From assembly GCA_053919585.1 (NCBI GenBank), contig CM132786.1: 64,000 nt of DNA. One strand, given 5' to 3'. How positions within the stretch are numbered: the first letter of the stretch is position 1; every line of letters starts with the position of its first letter. Position numbers and translations under genes: made by a program. Below are positions 11,871 through 23,150 of the stretch, in pieces. This DNA comes from Euprymna scolopes (Eukaryota). The notes under the pieces are model-generated. The model did not search any database, was not told the origin of the DNA, and saw only the letters and a list, made by a program, of their open reading frames with translations.

Positions 11871-14769
11871 CCACCAACATGTTTTATAGCTAGGATAGTC
11901 AAAGTTGTGCATGTGGTTTCACATTAAGTTGATAGTTTGATGTTATTTCGGTAACCGGAAGCACAAACTATTAATCATAATTAATTAAAACGAGGATCAC
12001 AAACTATCAATCATAAAGAAAGGGTTGCTCATTTGGGACGTTATGCTTCTTATTGGTCTGTAAAATTCTTCTAAATAAATGTTTACGTGAATTCTTGTGA
12101 GACGATGTAAGCAATGAACCGAGTCATTTGTCAAATAGCCAGGAAAAAGAGGAGGTCATTTATTTGACTAGACAGTGTCGGATTTAGACTTATTAATCAC
12201 TCAGTGAATGGAAGAGTTATTTTCTAATTCTGGCCACATTAAATAAGAAAAGTCGCATTGATTTTATTTTCCAAGGAGTGAAAACAAGCTCACGTAAATA
12301 ATATTACTGCTTAAAATGGCGAATTCTGCATCGGTAAAACAACAAGATTCTCTAATTATGAATTCAATAAAGATATTACAGCCAGATTGCTAGAGTAATG
12401 TAAAAAAATTATACTAAGCAGCGAATTACGTCCCATGGCTAAAAGAGATACACAGATGACAGCTGTATGAAAATATAACAAATAAAAATGTTTGCTAAAG
12501 TAAAATACTTAACGCAATGGATATGTGAATAAAAGTATTAGAATGTGGACACATACGTAAGTGCAAGAAGGAAGTAGCACTTACAGGGTGTATGTGTGTT
12601 AAAATATGTTTTAACCGAGTCGATTGTTAACCAGTCGGGCAGTAAACAGCATACGGGTGCTTAAGAAAAGATAGAAGTGTCACCTTTATGAGCAGAGTAA
12701 TAACATTGAGTGCTTACATAGAAGTAAAGCTGCCACCAGTATAGGCCGAACAATTTAATGCGATGGGCACAATAAAGAAAGTAAATACATCCATTAGCTG
12801 AATGAAACACAGGTGGAAGGCCATGACAGTTGGGAGCGTGCGTGATTTTAAAAAAATCGGTTCATTTTTGATCTATGAGAAAGCTTGAAATTGCAATATA
12901 TCTTCTTCCGATTTTTTTTTTTTTGCTTACTCAAAAGCTCTCCGACTAGTACTCGTTGGCACCAACTCGAAAAATAAAGATAGCAAACATTTTATATATC
13001 TGTATTTGTTGACTTTCGTTTAATCACGACAGAAAAATACTACAGATAACGTTTCTACTTTTTTTTTTACTAAATGAAGATTAGTTACTCGTATTATTTG
13101 GTTCTCATGTTCAGTGTTATATTCCCAACGTTTTACCCGACGTAACCTTCAGCTTTCTTAAGGTGTATCTTGTCAAAATCGGAAATCTTTCTGTCGAATT
13201 TGGGAATCTGCACGTGATAACGAAGGCACCCTTTATTTAATCTACGGTGGTAGCATTCTGGTTTTGACAGCTATGACTGGATAAAAATCCCAAGTAATTT
13301 GCGGTTGTATTTTTCGGTGTCACTCGCACTGAGGAGTGAACCATCAACGTCTAGAAACTTAACAACTGAATTTTACCATGTAATTAATGAGCGAGTGGGA
13401 CGTGTGCACATAAACACATTTCAGATAGACTTTGATATACATTCTTGTGTACTATAAATATGACCGGAATTGTACATATCACCGAAAACAAAGAAAGGCT
13501 TACATTCTAGGTAAGGGAGTTAGAATTGTGTAACGCAAAATAAATAAGCACAATTAAATATTTTCAGGAATGCCGGTTCATGTCTTTATAAGATACAAAC
13601 AAGATAAACAAAGAGTGCAAGTAAAGAGTAGGAAATACACATTGTCGTTAAATTCTGCCTGACACACACGCACTCTTATCGCCAACATTAAATTATAAAT
13701 AAAGTTGGATGTTAACAAAATTCATGTATGTTTGTTTTGAGAACGACGATCAAAGAATTAGTAAGTGTAAATATAATTTCACAAGCATTTGAAATGTGCA
13801 GGTTAGAAAATTATGCATGCATTCAGTAACGCAACATTTTATCCGTTGCGCCACGGCCCCTTGCAAAAACGTAAAAACTATAATTTTACTGTGAAGAAAT
13901 ATTAGTTCAATGAACATTACTTTTTCACAATCAAATATTTATTGATCTTTTGTTCATGGTTTTTCAAATATTTATTGATGTTTTTTAAGGATAATTTTAA
14001 TACTTTAACAAATGATTATGAATTTATTTGGTTAAGGGAATTAGATATTGTAATTGTTTTGTTTTCGTTTTTTAAATAACGTACATGTTTATTTACCTGA
14101 TGAAAAAGAATCCGCCTAAAAGTATAGACGATCATGTATACTTGTTATTCTCAGTAAGAATAATTACTTACTCATAGACTAAGGACGTTTGTCAGAATTT
14201 AATATTTCGTGTCAGATTCAATAAAATCGACGCTAATTATTCCTGACATTACTTCGAGCTCGGGTGCGGAAACCAGCGCGTTTATTGAAAGGGTCGAATC
14301 ACTTAGTGAGTCGGAGAGCGCCTTTGCACGCCGTCGAAGCCAAATTTCGACATCGTTTAACTTGAAAACAAACACTACTAAAGAAGTAGAATTACGACTA
14401 AAGAGCTAATATAGAGAAAGAAAGGACTGTCCATAAAGAAATTAATTTTAATGCTACAAAGACTAATTGAGTTTGGATTAAAAGGTTTGTTTTTCCCCCA
14501 CAAACAAATAATTACTCTTTTATATTGAATTCAATAAAATTCACTACTTCATTTATAATAATCTTACAAACTTGAAAATCGAATTATCATGGAGAGACTT
14601 GTTTAACAATAAACAATCTCTCTATATAATATTAAAATTATCTTTATTTTGGAGCAGTCTGCTCATATATGTATAAAATCATGGGATTAATTGACTAAAA
14701 CTAAATAGGCAGAGAGCGATAGATAGTTACATCTGAGGATTTATAAACTTTTGTTTTTATCTTAACTGA

Positions 14770-15780
14770 GGCAACCGAATAATCGGAATATCCGAGTGTA
14801 GACAGAAGGAAACAACCATGGACAAATTGTGACAAAAATGGCTAGAATACTTGCATTCTGGCCATCATCAGTAGAGAAATCATGACAGAACTCAATTTAG
14901 TATCCGTTTTGTTTGAGTAGGCTAGTCATTCAACATTGTGAACATTTAAGTCACCAGGGACGTAATCGTTTGCCGAGGAATTAGCAAACATGATATGGTC
15001 TATTTTCTCAGAATTGGTCTTAAATATAGTACTCCCGTAGGTATGGGTGTGATAGAGACCAACTATGAACAAGGTGTTGTGAGCAAATGCTACCTGGAAG
15101 CACATATAGGGCAAATTTGGGTCTTCTCCGGAGATGTTTATGCCACATGGAAGGTTATATCTAATGTAGGCACATATTTCATGTTTATGGGGGTCTTGGG
15201 AATTAGATCTTGATGTAAAGTTAAAGTACCCTTTAATCATGAACTTACATATAGAAATCGTTTGTCCAATGCCAGTTTCGCACAGGGACAATGGACCTGA
15301 TTTTGACGTTGACCCCTGATGTTAGAGAAGAAGACTTGTTAAAGGAGATCTACGCTGAAAATTAAAGTTCTGGGTTTTTCTTGTATTGTTTCTTGATGCT
15401 TTTCATGATAAAATATGGATAGCAAGGAAAAAAGGTAGAAAGAAAAAACCATGACGATTTTTTGCAGACCATGATAAGGTAACGCCGTAATATTACCCAC
15501 AAATATGCCATCGAGAAGCTCCACCAAAAGCTACTGCATGGTTAAGAATCCATTCACCAAATGGCCAAATAGCGGCCACAGTACTTTACACTTGCTGATA
15601 GGACGTAGAATGGCATCCTTAGGGGCTAATCCAAAGTTTTGGTCCCTGACTATTAGGCAGATAGAGTCAATCCAGTTCAAACGTTTGCCTCCAATACTCA
15701 TATTAGTGGCATAGCCACAAGGATAGAAAAAGAAATATAAAACTTCAGACATCTTAAGCAGATGCTCATTCAAAAAATAT
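14770..15780 (-). mobile_element. LINE family B, 5' fragment (5' leader plus APE endonuclease remnant)
   Basis: ORF ...LPYMCFQVAFAH...GDLNVHN is an APE endonuclease motif; 15471-15770 is homologous to the leader at 48246-48540. Confidence 0.85.
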
Positions 15781-17404
15781 CGCTTATAGTCTAAATTATT
15801 GCTGTATTTTGAGATAGATATATCCAAGATCATGTTTAAAGTGATATCTTTGGCAATAATGTCGATGCTGTGCATCGTAGATACTCACTACAACCAATAT
15901 GACTTCGTAATTTAGATATAAGTTAAACTATGGAGTTTTTTTTGTTAAGTTTATATATGAAAGTGATGCTCTTTGTTAACTGTACAATTTATGTAAATTG
16001 TTGGTCGAACCAGATAAATCACTTTTGGGTGATCATCGTCTTAAGTTACATAGTTTTGAAAATATTCCATATAATATGGAGACAAATAATCCAAATAAAA
16101 TTACTTCGTCAAGCAGAAATATGTGGTCTAATAACTGATTTCTGTTTTTGTATCTTACTATGTAAACTATTTGCTTAACATTGTATATTCTTCAAGTTCC
16201 TAAATCTTAAAATACTTGTTCATTAGCGTAAATTCCTGTCATTGGTTTCGTATCACATTGTTACTCTTGCTAGTGTTCACGTTTATATTATAAGGTTTCA
16301 ATTAATTAAATGCTGTGTTGATTGAATGCCAGCATTATTTATGCAATCACCGCGTCTATTCAAATGTTTTCAAAATAAATTTCTACTATCGGCGTCTATT
16401 TTAGTTACATTTTCACCCTCGCAACAAAAAAACAATAGAAATGTATGCAACAAAACAAATGTTGTTTGTTATCTCAAACAATGATTCTGGAGAGTCTACA
16501 AGGACCGAAAGACAAAAGGAGCAACAAAACCATCTTAAAGGGTAATAAGATTATTGAAATTTTGAATTTTCAAAGAAATCTGTCAGTCGCTCTCAACAAA
16601 AACACGATTGCCAAAGATTGGTGCCACCCAGTGACTATAAAGTGTATATACAAGGAGGCAGATGTACTTGAAATTTGGATATACGTACTGTCATGTAGAC
16701 TACAGGGTACAGGACGTGTTTTTACGAGTGGGTGATATCTGGTAAAGATTTGTTAAGCATAAAGTGTTTTAATGATTATCATTCGTGTATATATACGCTA
16801 AGGCATTCAATTTCTTTACGAAGGTTATTGCTTTTCACGCATTTAAATATGGGAAATATGGGATCGCTAGATGGTGAGCGATAATTTCATTTCATTACTT
16901 AAACTCTTGTCTCCCTACTAGTTCGCTTGCAATTTTGGAAATCCTGACACATACTTTATAAGCTTTTATTTATAGTTGGATGTGTAAACTTTAGTGTTTA
17001 TTTCATTTTTTATCTGTATTCAAATTATTTTTCAAAAATCGTATTATATCATCATTACAACGAATACAGTGCCAATTTAAATAAATACATTTCTAATTTA
17101 TTGAATAATATTAATCTGGCATTTTTTAAAATTTAATAACAAGATACATCGTCATTTTATTTCTTTAAACTATATTTTAATCACATGACAATTATTTTTA
17201 CGGAAGAAGAAAAACCATATGCACATGATCCCAATTTTGTTCGCCCACTTGTCAAATACTTTTGCCACAAGGTTCCACCAGGTGTTACTTTTACATTTGA
17301 AAACTTTTATCTCACTTTGCAGGTTTTCGTAATTTCAATTTTTCCTTTAATATATCAATGATAACTTCCTTACTTTGTGACCCTTCTTGTCTAACAGGAT
17401 TAAA

Positions 17405-17750
17405 TGTCGCAGCACGAGGACGGAGAAAGCTGTGTTAAGCGATATACACGCCAGAAATTCTTTTCAAAGTTGAACGAATGAGTTCTTTCGACTTCTGTCT
17501 TCTCGCAAACGTCGCACTCTTCACAATCAAGTTCTTTTCAACCGTCGACCGACAAAAAAAAAAAAAGAAACGACTCGCAATCTTTGTTTCGGCTTCACTT
17601 TTTATAGCCATCGGGCGAACCCAATTGTCGCGGTAATGCGAGTATCGCTCACAAACGTTTTTCTTTGTAATCTAACGGTCCCAGGTTTGATCCCCGACGC
17701 AGGCACGCACAACTCATACTTTTTGTGCGCTTTTGCGCATGCTCGTGACA
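17405..17750 (-). repeat. 3' LTR (346 bp)
   Basis: TGTCGC...GTGACA on + strand; homologous to 21412-21694 with an extra internal segment; TATAAAAA on minus strand at 17599-17606. Confidence 0.93.
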
Positions 17751-17759
17751 CTCCTCCCT
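17751..17759 (-). other. Polypurine tract (AGGGAGGAG)
   Basis: Purine run on the element strand immediately abutting the 3' LTR. Confidence 0.8.
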
Positions 17760-17786
17760 GATCTCGAGATCACACATATGACAATG

Positions 17787-20745
17787 CTAGGCAGGCCGTT
17801 TCTTCCGGGTACTTTGCTTTAATGGTACAGGTTCAGGAACTTCCTCAGTGGTGCCTTCGTTTGCCGGATCATTAAACTCGTCCTGCTCTGGATCCTCACC
17901 ATCTTCTGAAGAGCTTCCGTCATCATCTTCTGAAGAGCTTCCGGCATTTGGCAGTTCGTATAGCAGTGGGTCTTCGTCACCTGATGAATTTAGTTCATCA
18001 TTGATTATAATGTCATGTCGGCATGCTGGGCGCACATCTTTTATGTGATATTGTGTTCCATCAACTGATATTGAGTGTTGACTATTTATTTTTGTCACTG
18101 TTCCTGTATCGAACTGTGTTGTGCATCTTCCCCGCGGATTCTTCACCCAAACCGCATCCCCTTCCTTGTACGGATTAGCCACTGCGGTCTCAGTCACTCT
18201 CACTTCATCAATACCTTTGATACGGACCCTATAATTGTATAGCATATTCGCAGGTGCTGTCATGGCTGTCTTGTCGTCTTTAGGCGTGACGTTGTACCAG
18301 TACACTGCCTCCAAGATCGTGCACCCTGTTTTTGCCGCAATGCGCTTTATAGTGCGATGGGATCGCTCAATTATACCGTTTCCGAGGGCTACGTGGGCAC
18401 ACCGAAATCGAATGTGCACGCCCCACATTTGTGTAAAATCAGCAATTGTCTTTCCGCAAAACGCTGCACCATTATCTGTGAGCAATTCGGTCGGCGGCCC
18501 CCTTTCGCAGAATATACTCTTCAACCCTTTAATGACGCTAGCCGAATCCTGTCGGTACAACAGCCTCCAAATGGCAAAACAGCTGGGACAACAATTCATC
18601 AATGTCAAGTACACCTGAGTACCGAAATGGGTTATATCCATAGCAACCTTACTCCAGGTGTCCGTGACGTTAAGCCTACCTGGCTTCCAATGCATCGGAG
18701 ATGGATCTATGGATTGGCATTCTTTACAATCCCCAACCACCGATCGCACTTGAGTTTTAGTTATTGTTGGATTGACCAACTTTACAAAGTACCATGTCCT
18801 TTTAACACCGGGATGGCCACTGGACTGATGAATTGTTTGTATCTGAGAATCGTGTTTGTGTTCTGCGGTCACAACGCACACAAGTTCTCTGGGTTCTGTT
18901 GCCTTCCGGATCTCATCTATCCACAGCTGTTGTACTTGAGTAAGTTCATCAGCTCTGTTATCATGAGACTGGACGAGCCTCACGTCGATTATTAATTCAC
19001 ACTCTGAGACCAAATCTCGAAGCGTGAAGACGCGACGCCTGCTTAACATTTCCGAGGATGCTTTAGTGTGTATTCTCGTCTGTCCAGACAAGGTGTCAGT
19101 TATCCACCAATAGACACAGGCAGACTCAATTCGCAAATGTATGGTTTTAGCTTTCCACTGTAATGCAAGGTTGACGCCTCGCAGCACAGCATCAAGCTCA
19201 GCTGAATTTATGTGTTTGTTTCATGCATTTCGCGGAGGCAGCTTGTGTTCTCCGCCACAGAACCGTTGCTTTCCACAACCACGCCTGTAGCAATAGAACT
19301 GGCACCCACTCTTACTATGACTTCTTCTCCACAGATGCATCAGTCACCTTTTACTGGATCTTCCTGGGCTACTCTCAAACAAATGTCTTTGATCATCCGT
19401 GTTAGAATAGGGTCACGCACTTCGTCATCCCATCCAGTTGTGGTCATATTCGCCCTTCGTTTCACAAATGCTGTGGCGACACGCAACCAGCCACACACTG
19501 AGAAATGACCAGTCAGTTTTCCGCACACTAAAAATACAATTCGGCGAGTAAGTATATTAGGTACTGTCGGAAGGCCATGCCGCCATAACAATTTTCCGTT
19601 CTCCTCTTGGACACGTAATCCCAATACACATTAGCCTAGTCTCAACTGTTCTGGGGTCTTGCTTTCCATGCCAAACTTTTCCAAGTGTTCCTTTACACGG
19701 GTTGCCGAACATATGCTTTCATTCACAAAAATTTCATCAATATATGAGGACGTAGCCTCATTTATATTCTTATCCTTACTGAGCTCGGTATTAACAATGG
19801 CCCGCATTATTAGAAGGGCAACGTTCAACCCGAATCCGTGGCGGGTAAGACAATATCGCTGTCCCTTAATTTTTACTGTTTAGAACGGCCACAGAGATTT
19901 GTCAACATGTACTTGCAAATAGGTCGGCGTAGTTCCAGCACTGCAACGTTTGGTCCCTGTTGTCGCATTTCCCTCAATTTTTGTAAGCAAACATCCGTGT
20001 TGGCAGGATGCACATTCACGTACTCATTTAGCTCCCGATAATCCATAACGGGACGCACTTTCTGTTTATTCGCCTGCACAACAGCCATGAGAGGGATTAG
20101 ACCTTTTGGAGGGCCAAGTTCGTCCTCGGGATATGGCAGTAACCAACCATTATCAATCCACACCTGCAATTCCCGATCGTATTCATCACAAATCGGTGTT
20201 GGCACTGGATACTCTGCAAGTCTATTTCTCAATGTAAGTGGAGGTTGTTCGCCAGCCCACTTCCACAATGTAGCCCACTTTTGAGTATCTTGGTCATATT
20301 TGGCAGAGCAGTCAGGCTCGGTAACAGTGATAGCAGCAAAATTGGCCTTGCTAAAATGTGGAAAGGTCACCACTCCTGCGCCAGACACAGCTACTCCTCC
20401 CAGTCGCTTGATTGCGTCCAGTCCAAGCAATAAATCAAATCCCAGTAAATATCCATCCACAACTAGGACTTCTGTGCTAATGCTCCCTGTTGCATCAAGG
20501 TCGACCTGCACCATTCCTACTCCACAGCAGCGTAATGTGCTTCCATCTGCTGTGAGCACGGGGGTTACTTTCCTCGTCCATTCTGTGCAATATGACTTGC
20601 GGACCAGTGACTGTGTGCATCCGGTATCCACCAGAGCTGTGCGTGGTAGTCCAGTGATGAGAACCGTGAGAATTGGCAAGACGCTATTTACACCTGTTTG
20701 AGGGATGAGATTGGCGCTCTCTTCTCGCCCCCTTGCTCGTTTCCC
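17787..20745 (-). pseudogene. pol: pol (protease-RT-RNase H-integrase), frameshifted; RNase H C-half plus integrase open for 466 codons (17787-19187)
   Basis: LVDTGC; VRPVMDYRELN; SSYIDEIF; ELDAV...H.NRAD; H..SGHPG...C..C; MDITH...LTDNG...GNGIIER. Confidence 0.93.
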
Positions 20746-21395
20746 GGACAAAATCGAGCAATGTGCCCTCAACGTGATAGGGTTTCGAGATCTGACCCCG
20801 ATATCTCCTCCTGTTGCACTATCTTGTAACACCTCCGTGAAGTATCTGTGTCCTTGGAGTTAACTGGTGTCGATCGTGCAGCTAATGCAGCTTGCTCTGG
20901 AACTGCCGGGTTAGTCATTAAAATAGCATGAGCATGCGCCAGCACATGAGATAGATTCAAGTTATCCATCTGGGATGATGCCCGCAACAAGTTTTCCGTA
21001 TGTTCCGGCAAACCAGCAATAAATGCACATTGCAGGCATTGATCCGATACGCCGCCAAACAGGACTGCTAGCTTGCGCAACTCCGCCAAAAAGACGTTGA
21101 CTGTTTCACCTGGTTGGAGACGACGAGCGGCGAACTGCTTCCATGCAGCAAGCGGATCCAAAGCAAACGCTGTGTACAGAATTTTCTTTATACACCCAAA
21201 ATCGGCATGCTTTTCCTCACTTAATGGCTAGTACACTGCATAAGCGCCGCCTGAAAAACGCATTGGAATTACACATTCAATGCGCTTTACGCCATTTAGC
21301 TGACATATTAGTTCAGCTTTCTCCAACCACTTCACTATTGACTGCCCAGATTCACTGCCATCAAATATAGGTATAAATTTTGGATCGCAAGCCAT
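20739..21395 (-). pseudogene. gag: gag (short, about 220 codons, disrupted)
   Basis: MACDPKFIPIFDG...WLEKAEL; RRLQPGETVNVFLAELRKLA; degenerate C-terminal zinc knuckle (CY.../GHIARFC). Confidence 0.85.
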
Positions 21396-21400
21396 AATAA

Positions 21401-21411
21401 CCGAAATAGCT
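21401..21411 (-). other. Non-canonical primer-binding site complementary to tRNA-Phe nt 2-12
   Basis: AGCTATTTCGG directly follows the terminal CA of the 5' LTR; reverse complement CCGAAATAGCT equals the start of metazoan tRNA-Phe(GAA) GCCGAAATAGCTCAG. Confidence 0.8.
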
Positions 21412-21694
21412 TGTCGCAGCACGAAGGAGGAGAAAGTTAAGTAATTTATGTTAAGCGATATACACGTCAGAAATTATTTTCAAAGTTGAACGAATCAGTT
21501 CTTTCGACTTCTGTCTTCTCGTAATCTTTGCTCCGGCTTCACTTTTTATAGCCGTTGGGCGAACCCAATTATCGTGGTAATGCGACTATCGCTCACAAAC
21601 GTTTTTCTTTGTAATCTAACGGTCTCACGTTCGCTCCCCGACGCAGGCACGCACAATTCATACTTTTTGTGCGCTTTTGCGCATGCTCGTCACA
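21412..21694 (-). repeat. 5' LTR (283 bp)
   Basis: TGTCGC...GTCACA on + strand, homologous to 17405-17750. Confidence 0.93.
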
Positions 21695-21937
21695 GTTTCA
21701 ATCAAATTGCCACTCTCCCCCACATTTCATGGAGCATGTTCGTGCTATTTTCGCTACTTTCCACCACCATCTTCTTACAATAGACTTTTCTAGAAACATT
21801 ATGATAACGCATTTTGTCCTTTTTTAAGCTAACATTCCACAATTACTGACGATTGATATGTTGTAGGTTCTCACTTTGTTACCCACACAATAACGAACTT
21901 TCAGCCATGTCATACTTCACATAATTTGTCCTTACCG

Positions 21938-21938
<1 letters not shown>

Positions 21939-21988
<50 letters not shown>

Positions 21989-22013
21989 GTTGTTGTTGTT
22001 GTTGTTGTTGTTG
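21939..22013. repeat. Compound microsatellite (TTA)n(TTG)n
   Basis: Directly visible. Confidence 0.97.
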
Positions 22014-22051
22014 TGTATACAATATTATGTATGCAAGACAATTATGATTAA

Positions 22052-23150
22052 CATTCGAAGTGGCGTAGCAAAGCTGTATCAAAACAGGAAAGACGGTAAG
22101 AGAGGATTGAAAAGTGTAAAAAATTGTTTTAGAACCGAGGAGATGTCGTTGAAGAAGCATATGGTTAGAAGTGAGGAGTGGATGCTTTAGGTTGTGGCCA
22201 GAGAAGTGGAGGTATGTGAGACCAAGGCTGATTATGTCAAAGGTATTGATAGAGAAAGAGCAGAGGAACTGGCTAGGAAGAAATGCATGGAAGGTTTTTT
22301 CCAGGATATAGCAGAAGTGGCTGATGAAAGATCATGGCAATGGCTTAGAGCTGAGTATCTGCCTACGAGTACTGAAGCTTTTGTTTATGCAGCACAAGAG
22401 CAGGCATTAGGAACACGATTGTTCAAAAAAGTGGTTCTAGTAGAGGAAGTTGATGCAGAATGCCGTATTTGTGATAAGACCTCAGAGTAAATTGCGCACC
22501 TTGCAGCAGGGTATAGTTGGCTGGCCCAGAGAGAGTGCCGCAGAAGCACGATCGCATGGAACTCCGGATATATTGGGAGGTGTGTAAGAAGGTTGGCGTG
22601 AAGTGTGCTGGAAAATGGTTTGAGGATGTGCCTGATGAAGTGAGAACAAGTCAAGATGGCAAGGTAGACGTATGGTGAGACAAAAGTGTCATAACGACCA
22701 AGCACTTGGAATATAATCGTCCGGATTTGGTCGTCATTTATAAAGTCTCAGAAAACTGGCAGATTGTAGATATTTCAGTACCATGGGACAGGAATGTGAG
22801 AGAGAAAGAGAACGAGAAGTGGAGAAATTATGCTCAATTGGCCCTGGAGATAAGGCGTATACACGGGGTTAAAACACAAATAATCCCGATCATAGTTGGT
22901 ACACTAGAAGGAGTACCAAGTCGCCTGGAAGGACAATTTAAAAAAACTAAAATCCCCGATGTGTTAGGTGGCCTTCCGACCTCTGCTATTCTAGGTACAA
23001 CCAACATCCTTAGAAAAACCCTTGATCTTTGAAGCTCCTGGTTTGGAGCCGGGATTGAGAGAAATCCTCTGGAAATGAATCCCATCCCTTTCAAGAAAGA
23101 CGTTGATAAACGAAATCAGAATTAGTAGTAGTAGTAGTAGTACGACTACT
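22052..23150 (+). mobile_element. 5'-truncated non-LTR retrotransposon with restriction-like endonuclease (R4/Dong-like), degenerate
   Basis: AAQEQAL, CRIC...H zinc knuckle, RPDLVV...IVDISVP...EK PD-(D/E)xK nuclease, IIVG.L; ends in (TAG)n. Confidence 0.88.

Larger units (their letters stand above)
17405..21694 (-). mobile_element. LTR retrotransposon (Ty3/gypsy-like domain order PR-RT-RH-IN), both LTRs present, coding region frameshifted
   Basis: Direct repeats 17405-17750 and 21412-21694 with TG...CA ends; gag, protease (LVDTGC), RT (YIDE), RNase H, HHCC plus DDE integrase; PPT next to the 3' LTR. No clear TSD. Confidence 0.96.

Noticed and set aside
13115-13168. Second hammerhead-like motif on the minus strand
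   Set aside because: Core is mutated (CTTAAGA, TAAAAC); at most a decayed relic.
17586-17593. GCCGAAA on the element strand of the 3' LTR as a Tf1-style self-primer
   Set aside because: Only 7 nt, too close to the TATA box to be the transcript 5' end, changed to GCCGGAG in the 5' LTR and absent from the second element; tRNA-Phe gives a longer match.
17848-20701. Several + strand ORFs of 60-212 aa
   Set aside because: Antisense shadows of the pol frame.
17400-21700. Target-site duplication of the LTR element
   Set aside because: Left flank TTAAA and right flank GTTTC do not match at 3-6 bp.
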